Shown here: piece after piece, positions 42,667-51,955 of the stretch
Layout of the letters: each line of letters opens with the position of its first letter
How positions within the stretch are numbered: the stretch's first letter is position 1
Assembly: GCA_964530625.1 (NCBI GenBank)
Contig: CAZHAK010000012.1
Location: forward strand, 8,654 to 72,653
Direction: 5' to 3'
Source: an uncultured Alphaproteobacteria bacterium
GTDB lineage: Bacteria; Electryoneota; RPQS01
DNA: 64,000 nucleotides
The notes under the pieces: model-generated
The model's database searches: none
What the model saw: the letters and a program-made list of their open reading frames with translations, nothing else
Told to the model about the DNA's origin: nothing
Program-made: the position numbers and the translations under genes

Positions 42667-43725
42667 TTGGAGCTAATTTTTGTGAAGGTACTGATAACGG
42701 GCGGCGCGGGATTCCTCGGACTACACACCGCGCTGTGTTTTGCGGAGCATGGCTGGGACCTGATTTTAACGGACATAGCACCCTTTGAGACGTCGGAATA
42801 TCCGGCGGGAACGGTTTTTCTTGAGCACGATGTGCGGGACAAAGCCGGGCTGGACAAAATCTTGTCGGAATACAAAGTGGACGTGATTGTCCATGGCGCG
42901 GCAGCTCTGCCTCTCTGGAAGCCGAAGGACATTTTTGAGATAAACGTGGAAGGCACGCGCCGCGTACTGGAATCGGCCAAACAAGCAGGGATAGACCGCG
43001 TCGTGTTTGTCTCGTCAACGGCGGTCTACGGCATTCCCGATCATCACCCCTTGTACGAAACGGACAGAGTGCATGGCGTAGGTCCGTATGGCGAGAGCAA
43101 GATTCAAGCGGAAGACGTTTGTTTCAAGTTTCGCTCAGCCGACTTCTGTGTGCCGGTGATTCGTCCCAAGACGTTTATCGGCACCCATCGTCTGGGAGTC
43201 TTTCAGATTCTTTATGATTGGGTCGAAAGCGGCAAGCGCATTCCGATGATCGGCAAGGGCAACAACCGCTATCAGCTTTTGGAAGTAGACGATCTTGCTG
43301 AGGCGATTTATTTAGGCGCAACGGTTGAGGCGGCTCGCGCGAATGATACATTCAACATCGGCGCGGAAGAATTCAAGACCGTCAGAGAAGACATGGGCGC
43401 AATGTGCCACTATGCGGGTAACGGTGCGCGTCCGTGGGGCACTCCCGCAGGGCCGGTCAAGCTCGCGCTGATGATTTTTGAAGTGATGGGACTTTCGCCT
43501 CTTTATAAATGGGTCTATGGCACGGCGGACCAGGACAGCTTCGTCTCAATTGACAAAGCCAAGCGCGAGCTGGGCTGGAGGCCGAAATACTCGAACGCGC
43601 AGGCCTTGATTCGCAGCTATCAATGGTATTTGGATAACAAGCACACGATTCCCGAAGGCAGCGGCATCACGCACCGCATCGCCTGGAATCAAGGCATCCT
43701 GAAATTCTTCAAACGGTTTATGTGA
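42667..43725 (+). CDS. NAD-dependent epimerase/dehydratase (extended SDR)
   Basis: Contains 'ITGGAGFLG' and the 'YGESK' catalytic YxxxK. The start may instead be GTG 42682 (GGAG upstream). Confidence 0.88.
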   Translation: MELIFVKVLITGGAGFLGLHTALCFAEHGWDLILTDIAPFETSEYPAGTVFLEHDVRDKAGLDKILSEYKVDVIVHGAAALPLWKPKDIFEINVEGTRRVLESAKQAGIDRVVFVSSTAVYGIPDHHPLYETDRVHGVGPYGESKIQAEDVCFKFRSADFCVPVIRPKTFIGTHRLGVFQILYDWVESGKRIPMIGKGNNRYQLLEVDDLAEAIYLGATVEAARANDTFNIGAEEFKTVREDMGAMCHYAGNGARPWGTPAGPVKLALMIFEVMGLSPLYKWVYGTADQDSFVSIDKAKRELGWRPKYSNAQALIRSYQWYLDNKHTIPEGSGITHRIAWNQGILKFFKRFM

Positions 43726-43746
43726 TCTGCTGACGGGAGGTTGGGA

Positions 43747-46404
43747 ATGAAACTGTCCGCCACAATTGCACTTTCGATAGTTTGCCTGTTCTGTTTACAG
43801 TCAACGATGCTCGCCACTCCCTATTGGACGGAGGCCCAGCTTGACTCAGCGCAAGCCGCGTCCGGTACTGCGTCATTGATTCGCCACGGTGAGACCGGCA
43901 ACCGCTCGCACAGCAGATCGCTTGACGATATTGCTTACTTCGTGAAGTATCGGCAGCTTTGTGATTTTCTGGCTTCGATGCAGGTCACGACACCCGGCGC
44001 GAACTTAGGCGGGATGCGCGAGGGCGAGGTCGGCAGCGACTTCAATATCATTCAGACCGACAACACACAAGAAGCCATTCGCGTTTGGTCGCAATATTCT
44101 ATATGGACGGGCGACACCGCTCGCTATGCGCAGAACATTCGCAACGCCTGGACATATTGCACGGTCTGGCCCGCGTGGCGCGAAGAAGGCGGCGGCTACT
44201 ACGCGATGCACAACTGCGGCTGGGGATTTGAAGCGGCCTACAAATACCGCGAAGCCTACGGCGACACGAGCAAAAACTGGTACGCCGACAGTTGCGCGTG
44301 GTGGGTGAACGGTAATCCGCTAAGTCTGACTTCGATTCTGAATATCGCCGCGCAAGGCTTGGGCATCGGCGGTATGTATCCTCACGCGGTCTATCGTGGC
44401 CGCACGGATTGGCAGGACTTCACATTGGGCCGCGCGCGCATTATTCGCAATTGGTTTCAAGCAAATCCGTCGCGCTTAAATACCGAAACAAGTTGGGCAC
44501 TCTGCGCAGGCACTGCGATTTGGGGAGTCTGCAATTCACTGTGGATAGCCTATCCCGACAGCGGCGCGACGTGGATAAACCAATACGGCACGAATCTCGA
44601 AACATGGGAGTCGCCCTCATCATGGTACAACGCATTTAATACGTGGTACTCGAACGCGACGTTCAGGTTCTGGGAAATCAGTGGCGACTCACTCTATTGG
44701 CATCGCGGGGTTTTCTACGCCGACTCGCTGGTGGGTTTTGACGTGGACAACGACGGCGGCATTCCGCCGGGCACCTGCTGTATCAGCAACGGCAACGACC
44801 ATACTTGGGTCAGTGCCTACATGGGTTGGATGGGACTCGAACGGATAATTTCGTCTGCGCCGATTTCGTTTGTGGATGCGGTCGGATTTTCCAGTCCCTC
44901 AGAGGACGCTGCGTATCTTGCGGGCGATCCGCTTCCGGTTACTGCGCTGGTCGCGAATCAGGGTACGGAAGCATTGCAGGGCCGTGTCTGGGTGTGGGGA
45001 TTGAATTACTCGGACAGCGCAGATTTCACTGCTGGAGCGGGTGACGTCGTGGAGGTACCGATGAGCAATCTTTGGACGCTTGCAGACAACTCCACACTTC
45101 CTGAATCGCCTATGCTATTTTCAAGGGTGCGGGTTATCTTAGAAGGCGACACTTTGCAGGCATTAGATTCTGCGGGCTTTGATATTCGGCGCGGTGGCAT
45201 CGTGCAGGGAACTATCTCGGGCGAGTTTGACATCGCAACGTCCCCCGCCTGCTTGATTGAGTTCTATTCGGATTCCTACCCGGACTCGCTCTGGCACTCG
45301 GTAAATGTCGGCGCGGGCGAGATGTACTCCAATGGCGCTCGTCGCCTGTTGTCGGGCGGCAATCGAATGGTCGTCTACGGGCCAGCTCGCTACTTGATTG
45401 AAGAGATCGCGTTTTACCCATTAACTCCGGAAGAGAATCCGGATGATCTCGATGTGTACCTGACATCATCGGACGTTCTTCTGGTGGATGACGATCTTGG
45501 ACAAAGCTACGAGAATTATATTCTGTCAGCGCTTGATGCCAATGACAGAAATGTGCGCGTCTGGGATCGCCAGTCAACGGTGCTCGGCGATCTGTCTAAT
45601 GTGCCGTGGTTGATTTGGATGACGGGCAACGACGCGGTGACGACTCTTGATGCGCAAGACCATAATACGTTAACGGGCTTTATGCTGGCAGGCGGCGGAG
45701 TGTTATTGACGGGGCAGAACATCACGGATGATCCTCAGAACGAAGACTTCTTACGCGACATAATGCGATGCGAGGAAGATCGCTCGGATACGGACGTGCT
45801 GCGCGCCTATGGCTTAGGCGACGACCCTGACGTGGATGGACAATTCTTGTTGCTGTTAGGCTCACAAGGGGCGCAGAATCAAACAAGCCCCTCCTCTATC
45901 ACTTTGTTAAATGGAGCCACAGCGATCTTTGTCAATGATACGATCACGGAGGAAGTGTGCGGAGTATCAGGACTGCATGGATCTGGCAAGTTTATTTTCC
46001 TGAGCTTCGGACTTGAAGGAGCGTCAGGACAAGCTGGCAGTACGTCGCGCTCCGTGTTTTTATCTGCTGCAGAAGACTGGTTGACAGCACCGCTGCAAGC
46101 AACCATTGATCCACCCGTCGTGTGGAACTTCGAGTTGCTGCCGAGTTTTCCCAATCCTTTCAACGGCCAAGTGCAGATTCGCTGGCTCGCTCCAGATAAT
46201 TCTTCCCGAACTACTCTCCAAGTTTACAATCTTTTGGGCAGGCATGTGACAACCTTGTTTGACGGGTTCGGGAAAATTGGACAAAACTTGGTCACATGGA
46301 ACGGCGCAACATCAAGTGGTGTTCCGGTATCCAGCGGAACGTACTTGGTTCGCTTGACGACGCCGGACGCGACGCTGTCACACTCCATCCGCTTCATCCG
46401 CTGA
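43747..46404 (+). CDS. large secreted protein of unknown function with T9SS C-terminal sorting domain
   Basis: GGGAGG SD before ATG 43747 and a signal peptide 'MKLSATIALSIVCLFCLQS'. The N-terminal region is W/Y-rich. The C-terminus 'FPNPFNGQVQIRW...GTYLVRLTT...IRFIR' is a Por tail. Confidence 0.85.
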   Translation: MKLSATIALSIVCLFCLQSTMLATPYWTEAQLDSAQAASGTASLIRHGETGNRSHSRSLDDIAYFVKYRQLCDFLASMQVTTPGANLGGMREGEVGSDFNIIQTDNTQEAIRVWSQYSIWTGDTARYAQNIRNAWTYCTVWPAWREEGGGYYAMHNCGWGFEAAYKYREAYGDTSKNWYADSCAWWVNGNPLSLTSILNIAAQGLGIGGMYPHAVYRGRTDWQDFTLGRARIIRNWFQANPSRLNTETSWALCAGTAIWGVCNSLWIAYPDSGATWINQYGTNLETWESPSSWYNAFNTWYSNATFRFWEISGDSLYWHRGVFYADSLVGFDVDNDGGIPPGTCCISNGNDHTWVSAYMGWMGLERIISSAPISFVDAVGFSSPSEDAAYLAGDPLPVTALVANQGTEALQGRVWVWGLNYSDSADFTAGAGDVVEVPMSNLWTLADNSTLPESPMLFSRVRVILEGDTLQALDSAGFDIRRGGIVQGTISGEFDIATSPACLIEFYSDSYPDSLWHSVNVGAGEMYSNGARRLLSGGNRMVVYGPARYLIEEIAFYPLTPEENPDDLDVYLTSSDVLLVDDDLGQSYENYILSALDANDRNVRVWDRQSTVLGDLSNVPWLIWMTGNDAVTTLDAQDHNTLTGFMLAGGGVLLTGQNITDDPQNEDFLRDIMRCEEDRSDTDVLRAYGLGDDPDVDGQFLLLLGSQGAQNQTSPSSITLLNGATAIFVNDTITEEVCGVSGLHGSGKFIFLSFGLEGASGQAGSTSRSVFLSAAEDWLTAPLQATIDPPVVWNFELLPSFPNPFNGQVQIRWLAPDNSSRTTLQVYNLLGRHVTTLFDGFGKIGQNLVTWNGATSSGVPVSSGTYLVRLTTPDATLSHSIRFIR

Positions 46405-46408
46405 ACCC

Positions 46409-47740
46409 GTGAGCGGCTTCTTTTCGTTTCGCCGCAAGAATCCGGGGCAGGTCTTCGCGTGGGCGACCTACGATTTCGGCAACTCAGCCTTCGCGACGAC
46501 AATCCTTGCCGTAATCTTCAACAAATATTACGCGGGCGTCATCGCTGGCGGCGCGGAGGGAGTTGCGGTGATGGGAACACAGGTTCCCGGCACGACGGTC
46601 TTTAGTTTTTTTGTTTCGGCCAGTATGATTCTGGTCGCGTTGCTGGGGCCGCTACTCTCTGCTCTTTCTGATTTGGGTCACCTGAAACGGCGCATGCTCC
46701 TGCTGCATACAGCGATTGGAGTTGCCGCGACGATGATGCTCGCGACACTCGGCGAAGGCGATTGGCTGATCGGCGGAGTATGGTTTACCATCGCACAATT
46801 TGGTTTTGCCGGAGCCGCGATTTTTTACAACGCGATGCTGCTGGACATCGCGGATCCACAGGATTACGCGAAAGTCTCAAGCATCGGCTGGGCGTGGGGA
46901 TATTTAGGCGGCGGGATGCTGTTGGCTGTGAATCTTGTCATGCTTCAGTATCCGCACTTGCTGGGCCTTCCCGCGGGCTTTTTCACGGTTCAGCACTGTT
47001 TCTTAAGCGCGGCGGTTTGGTGGGCGGTGTTTACAATCCCCATCGCGCTCTCCGTGCGCGGGCAACCGTCTGCGAAAACCGTGAGGATCAAGCAAGCCTT
47101 CCGCGCGTTACTCCGCAGCCTAAGAAGCCTGCGCAAACTTCCGACATTCTCGCGCTTCTTCTTTGCATACTTGCTTTACAATGACGGGATCGAAACCGTA
47201 ATTATCATGGCGTCCATCTTCGGAGATCAGGAGTTACATATGGAAACAGGAGAGCTTGTGCTCTTCTTCCTAATGGTGCAGGGTGTCGCCTTTGTGGGAT
47301 CACTTATTTTTGGAGTGATCGCCAACCGTTGGAACAATCGCGACGCGGTTTTGTTGGGTGTGGGAATCTGGAGTCTAGTTGCGCTCTGGGGTTGGCAGTT
47401 GGGCTGGATGGGCGATGCCTTGCAAGAATACTGGTTTTTGGGAATTCTCGCGGGTCTCGTGTTGGGTGGTACTCAAGCGGCTTCGCGTTCGCTGCAAGCC
47501 ACTCTGATTCCACCCAGTCAATCTGCGGAGTTTTTTAGCTTCTTTGCGGTTTCCGGAAAGTTTGCAAGTGCGGTCGGACCGGCTATCTTCGGAATTGCCG
47601 TTTGGATCACCGGCAGCTTGCGAATCGGGATGTTGTCACTACTGATATTTTTCGTACTCGGCGCATGGCTGCTTTGGGGAGTTTCCGAAGAGCAGGGCCG
47701 TCGGGAAGCACTCGACTTTCAATCAAATAGAGATGAATAA
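46409..47740 (+). CDS. MFS transporter, UMF1/Atg22-like family
   Basis: N-terminus 'WATYDFGNSAFATTILAVIFNKYY' and about 12 hydrophobic segments. GTG start 4 nt after the preceding stop. Confidence 0.85.
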   Translation: MSGFFSFRRKNPGQVFAWATYDFGNSAFATTILAVIFNKYYAGVIAGGAEGVAVMGTQVPGTTVFSFFVSASMILVALLGPLLSALSDLGHLKRRMLLLHTAIGVAATMMLATLGEGDWLIGGVWFTIAQFGFAGAAIFYNAMLLDIADPQDYAKVSSIGWAWGYLGGGMLLAVNLVMLQYPHLLGLPAGFFTVQHCFLSAAVWWAVFTIPIALSVRGQPSAKTVRIKQAFRALLRSLRSLRKLPTFSRFFFAYLLYNDGIETVIIMASIFGDQELHMETGELVLFFLMVQGVAFVGSLIFGVIANRWNNRDAVLLGVGIWSLVALWGWQLGWMGDALQEYWFLGILAGLVLGGTQAASRSLQATLIPPSQSAEFFSFFAVSGKFASAVGPAIFGIAVWITGSLRIGMLSLLIFFVLGAWLLWGVSEEQGRREALDFQSNRDE

Positions 47741-47773
47741 ACCAAGTTTAAAGACTTCAAGACGGGAGATTAC

Positions 47774-48397
47774 ATGAACGTTGCGCGACTCTTTTTTGCA
47801 CTGCTGCTCACATTCAATCTATCCGCACATGCCGAGGAGATGCCCGAACTTGCGACCCTTTTGGCGCTCTTCAGCGCGAGCGCGACAGAGAACGGCACCA
47901 TCCGCTTGAATTGGACCCTCGACCAGCAATCTCCTGCCGTGATAAAATTTCGCGTTTATCGCGGCTATGAAGAACTGGGAAACTTCTCCGTCTTATCCGA
48001 GATTCCGTTTCACGCGGAACAGGGCGCGGCGGACTATCTGTTGAACGACACGTCGGCGATTCCGGGTGTGACCTACTACTACAAGCTCGCGGCACAAGGT
48101 CAACTGAACGAATCCATCTTCCCTGTCGTGATTTCGGCAGGAGTACCATTAGGCGACAAGAACGCGGGTCAGGACGACGAAGCTCCCGCGATCATTCTTC
48201 CCGGTGAGACGGTAAGACTGTACGTGCGCAAATCCGGGCACGTCAAGCTCGAACGCACAGCCCCCGAACAAAAGACACTGATTGATGGCGAGTTAGCATC
48301 GGGAGTCTATGAAGTCGAAGCGGGCCCGGCTGCTCAATCGCTGAAAGTTTGGGCGGGGCAAGCCTACGAGTTTTCGTTAAGCTGGCCGATACAATAA
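47774..48397 (+). CDS. secreted hypothetical protein with FN3-like domain
   Basis: Signal peptide 'MNVARLFFALLLTFNLSAHA' and an FN3-like stretch 'IRLNWT...FRVYRG...GVTYYYKL'. Confidence 0.75.
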   Translation: MNVARLFFALLLTFNLSAHAEEMPELATLLALFSASATENGTIRLNWTLDQQSPAVIKFRVYRGYEELGNFSVLSEIPFHAEQGAADYLLNDTSAIPGVTYYYKLAAQGQLNESIFPVVISAGVPLGDKNAGQDDEAPAIILPGETVRLYVRKSGHVKLERTAPEQKTLIDGELASGVYEVEAGPAAQSLKVWAGQAYEFSLSWPIQ

Positions 48398-48414
48398 GCA
48401 GTGTTACGGCTAGC

Positions 48415-48445
48415 AAAAGAGCCACTCCCGTGAGTGGCTCTTCAG
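48415..48445. terminator. bidirectional rho-independent terminator
   Basis: Hairpin agagccactc / gagtggctct with a 4-nt loop, between the convergent genes ending at 48397 and 48467. Confidence 0.7.
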
Positions 48446-48466
48446 CTTATTGAATCTCTATGTCCG

Positions 48467-49315
48467 TTACACTCTCGCGTCCGCGATACACTGTATCAAC
48501 TGCGAGTGAAACTCCTGTGACGCTCCGAGAATGTTTCCCGACTCAAGAAAGTTTTCGTCGCCGTCAAAGTCACTGCACACTCCGCCTGCTTCTCGAACGA
48601 TCAAAGCACCCGCCGCAATGTCCCACGGCGACAGACGGTGCTCCCAAAAACCGTCAAAGATCCCCTGCGCAGTCCAGCATAAGTCCAGCGCGGCGGCGCC
48701 CGCTCTGCGAATGGCGCGGCATCTTGGAAAAATGACCGCGAACTCTTTCAGATAAAGTGTAAGCTCGTCCGAGTGCCGGCGCGGAAATCCCGTCGCCAAG
48801 ACCGCGTCGCCAAGTTTAATTTTGCGTGTAACAGCCAAGCGCTGTGTATTCAAGTAGCTGCCCTTGCCCTTTGCGCCCCAAAACAGCTCGCCCGTTACAG
48901 GATTGTACACGACTCCGCACAGCAGTTCCTGCACACCATCGTCGCGCACTTCAACTAACCCCAGACTGACGGCAAAGACCGGGAACCTCTGTACAAAATT
49001 GGTCGTACCATCGAGAGGGTCAAGATACCAGATCAGTCCGTTCCCTTGGCGGGATGTGCCTTCTTCACAAATTATTCCCGCTTCAGGCATTTCCTTTTGC
49101 AGGAATTCCGACACAACCGCTTCCGATTCAATATCTGCGCGCGTCACAAGATCCCCTCTGCCCTTCTCGCGCACGTCTTTCCCGCTCAGATCTTGCCAGT
49201 AGTTCATCAGCACGTCTCCGGCCTTCAGGCAGGCCAAAATGGCAAGCGACGCCCGCTCGTCGGTTCCAAGGGCCAACTTGCGTGCGTCGCGGAAGAATTC
49301 AGTTGAAGTGTTCAC
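48467..49315 (-). CDS. suhB: inositol monophosphatase family protein
   Basis: Contains 'WYLDPLDGTTNF' and 'WDIAAG'. Confidence 0.9.
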   Translation of the reverse strand: MNTSTEFFRDARKLALGTDERASLAILACLKAGDVLMNYWQDLSGKDVREKGRGDLVTRADIESEAVVSEFLQKEMPEAGIICEEGTSRQGNGLIWYLDPLDGTTNFVQRFPVFAVSLGLVEVRDDGVQELLCGVVYNPVTGELFWGAKGKGSYLNTQRLAVTRKIKLGDAVLATGFPRRHSDELTLYLKEFAVIFPRCRAIRRAGAAALDLCWTAQGIFDGFWEHRLSPWDIAAGALIVREAGGVCSDFDGDENFLESGNILGASQEFHSQLIQCIADARV

Positions 49316-49376
49316 GGCCTGTTCATCTCGTATCGTTGTTTGCGTGTCTTTACGATACGATTTCGCAAGCTGACAA

Positions 49377-50129
49377 TCAAGTCTGGGGAGCGTTTCGGGA
49401 GAGCGTCACGGTCAGCACGATGCGCCCGGTTTCCTGCTGGACCTCGTAAGTCGCGCCGTTCTCCCCTAGTCGCGCCAGATACATGTGCAATCCGTCTGTC
49501 TGCAACGGCTCTTCTTCAGTCTCAAAGTATTTCGCCTCCATCACAAGCACGCCAGTGCTGTTGGCAAAATTCGTGGTGACGTTCAATTCAACCAGTCCGC
49601 GCGAAAAGTCATGCGCCGCCAGCGCGCGCAGCACAAACTCGTCAATCACCGCCGCTATATGTTTATACACGGTATAAACCGTGTAGGCATCGCTGGCCAG
49701 ATCAAAGCGCTTGCGCACTTTGTGCTTATAGGTCAAGTTCGCGTCCAGAAACTGCAATTCGTTGCTGACCATCTCAAACAAGGACATCGGACCGGGCGTT
49801 TCCTGTGCGCAACGATGAAAGCGTCTGATAATTACCTGCAAGAGCTCTGTCAAATGACGGGCATTGCGCGACATAATATCGAGATTCGAACAGCTTTTTT
49901 GATGCTGCACTTTCAGGGCTTCGGCAGATTGCGACGCGCCATGCTCAAGCTCTTTAAGCAGCCGTTCCTGCTCGCCTACGCGCATTTCGAGCAGCTGCGT
50001 GGCGCCAATCACTCCGGAGAGTGGGGTCGCGAGATTGTGAACGATACCCGGCAGCAAGCTTCCGAGAAACTCGAGTTCAAGGCTGTCGAAGTGAGCGCTT
50101 GGCTGCTGTTTTGACGTAGAGTCTGTCAT
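49377..50129 (-). CDS. histidine-kinase-like protein (HisKA-like H-box, degenerate ATPase domain)
   Basis: Has an H-box-like 'IVHNLATPLSGVIGATQLL'. I see no TM or sensor domain, and no recognisable N/G1/G2 ATP-binding boxes. Confidence 0.6.
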   Translation of the reverse strand: MTDSTSKQQPSAHFDSLELEFLGSLLPGIVHNLATPLSGVIGATQLLEMRVGEQERLLKELEHGASQSAEALKVQHQKSCSNLDIMSRNARHLTELLQVIIRRFHRCAQETPGPMSLFEMVSNELQFLDANLTYKHKVRKRFDLASDAYTVYTVYKHIAAVIDEFVLRALAAHDFSRGLVELNVTTNFANSTGVLVMEAKYFETEEEPLQTDGLHMYLARLGENGATYEVQQETGRIVLTVTLSRNAPQT

Positions 50130-50496
50130 ATGTTTCGGCTTGCTTTTCCTGAAGAAAGTCTGTAAGTTACAAGGGTCAGTGCTGAATCTTGCCGGTCTGA
50201 ACGTGCGTAAACCCGTGAATAATGTTCTGATGCATGTTCAGTATTTGCAAATACAGTTCCCAAGTTATACTGAGCCTCCACTTCTTAGTTGGCAGGCGCA
50301 CATTGTTGCGGCCGAATAGCACCGCTTGCCGCAACTTGCCAAAGAGAGTCCCCATAGCGACTGAATCAAACATCATTCATGCATAAAGCGGCGCACCGCG
50401 TCGTCCCCCGACTCGGAATGTTTTGAAGTATCGCAACGTGAAGTTGCCGGATCATCACACTACGATTGAAAAACATTACCTACCAGTACCATTTCA

Positions 50497-51906
50497 TTGA
50501 CTCGTTTATTTGAACCACGCCGCCACGTCGTCGCCACGTTTTCCGAACAGACAGCGCTGTTTATCTCGCTGATTCGTTGGACAATTTTGGCCCTTGTCGT
50601 GGGAACGGTTGTGGGCGCGTCAACATACGGCTTCATAAAACTGCTCGAGTGGTCGTCTGAAACGGCAGCACAGTTTCCCTATTACTTTTTGGCGATACCG
50701 ATAGCGTTTGTTTTGTCCGCTCTCCTGGTGCACTATCTTGCACCGGACGCGGAGGGCCACGGCACAGAACGGATCATTGACGCGGTGCACAAAAACAGTG
50801 GCCGCATGCGGTTGCGCGTGGTGCCCGTTAAAGTGCTCACAACGGTCATAACCATTGCTGGCGGCGGTAGCGCAGGCAAGGAGGGTCCGGCGGCACAAAT
50901 CGGCGCGGCGCTCGCGTCGGGATTTGCATCGCTCATGAAGCTTAATGACCGCGACCGCAAAAAAATTGTGGTGTGTGGTATTTCGGCGGGCTTTGCCTCA
51001 GTTTTCGGAACACCTGTAGCCGGAGCGATCTTTGGAATAGAAGTGCTGTTTCTGGGTCACTTGATGTACGATGTTTTAGTGCCTTCGTTCATCGCCGGAA
51101 TAACAGCCTATCAGGTTGCCTCCTGGTTGGGACTGCAATACTGGTCGCACGCGATTGTTGAGATTCCTCCTTTGGGTCAGGGCTATGTCATTCAACTGGT
51201 CTTGACCGGTGTCGTGTTCGGCCTCGTGACGGTGTTATTCATCGAGTTCGTGAGATTTTTGAAACGCGCGATGCCGATCTTATGGCCAAACTTCATCGCG
51301 CGCGCGTTTGTCGGAGGCATGGTAGTCGTAGGGATCGCCGTCGTGTTCGGTTTCGAGGTCACGGGCTTGGGCACGGAACATATCGAACACATTTTCGAAG
51401 GGGAACCGGTTACTCCCTTCCTGTGGCTGGGCAAGATTCTCGCAACAGCCGTGACCCTTGAAGCCGGCGGGTCCGGCGGGATAGTCACGCCCATTTTCTT
51501 TGTCGGCGCGGCCGCAGGCAGTTTCTGGGCGGGAATAATTGGTGCCAATGCCGTCACGATGGCCGCACTGGGCACAACCTCCATACTCGCCGGCGCGGCC
51601 AACACACCGATTGCCGCCTCTATGCTGGCGATTGAAATGTTTGGCGCGGATATCGGCCCTTATGCGGCGGGATGCGCAATGGTCTCATTCATCATGACGG
51701 GTCATCGCAGCATCTACCCCAGTCAAGTGCTTTCGGCATCCAAGAGCGATTCATTGGTGGCTCAGTTGAACGAGCCGCTTGCACCCCACACGCGCTCGAC
51801 CTTGAGTACGGAAGGTCAGGAAGAGTTTGATCGAGTTTATTCCTTCCCGATGCGGGTCTGGAGATTCCTTACAATCGGCATCTGGCAATGGAAGCCGCGC
51901 AAATAA
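50497..51906 (+). CDS. voltage-gated chloride channel (ClC) family protein
   Basis: Contains 'GGGSAGKEGP' and 'GGSGGIVTPIFFVG' in a polytopic protein. The start codon is uncertain; the track uses TTG. Confidence 0.9.
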   Translation: MTRLFEPRRHVVATFSEQTALFISLIRWTILALVVGTVVGASTYGFIKLLEWSSETAAQFPYYFLAIPIAFVLSALLVHYLAPDAEGHGTERIIDAVHKNSGRMRLRVVPVKVLTTVITIAGGGSAGKEGPAAQIGAALASGFASLMKLNDRDRKKIVVCGISAGFASVFGTPVAGAIFGIEVLFLGHLMYDVLVPSFIAGITAYQVASWLGLQYWSHAIVEIPPLGQGYVIQLVLTGVVFGLVTVLFIEFVRFLKRAMPILWPNFIARAFVGGMVVVGIAVVFGFEVTGLGTEHIEHIFEGEPVTPFLWLGKILATAVTLEAGGSGGIVTPIFFVGAAAGSFWAGIIGANAVTMAALGTTSILAGAANTPIAASMLAIEMFGADIGPYAAGCAMVSFIMTGHRSIYPSQVLSASKSDSLVAQLNEPLAPHTRSTLSTEGQEEFDRVYSFPMRVWRFLTIGIWQWKPRK

Positions 51907-51907
51907 A

Positions 51908-51935
51908 AGAAGGCCGCCTGTTTGAGCGGCCTTCT
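51908..51935. terminator. bidirectional rho-independent terminator
   Basis: Hairpin agaaggccgc / gcggccttct between the convergent genes ending at 51906 and 51956. Confidence 0.7.
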
Positions 51936-51955
51936 TCACATGTAAACCGGAAACA

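Noticed and set aside
42542-43018. 158-aa and 119-aa minus-strand ORFs at the purF/epimerase divergent region
   Set aside because: They overlap the well-supported epimerase gene in antisense, and their composition is P/R/S-rich and non-protein-like.
50130-50496. Fluoride (crcB-motif) riboswitch or small ORF (50176-50376) upstream of the ClC channel
   Set aside because: I found no GAUGG...CCGCC...GAUGAUGCCUAC-like core. The channel has the chloride-type GKEGP motif rather than ClC-F features. The 66-aa ORF lacks an SD and looks random.
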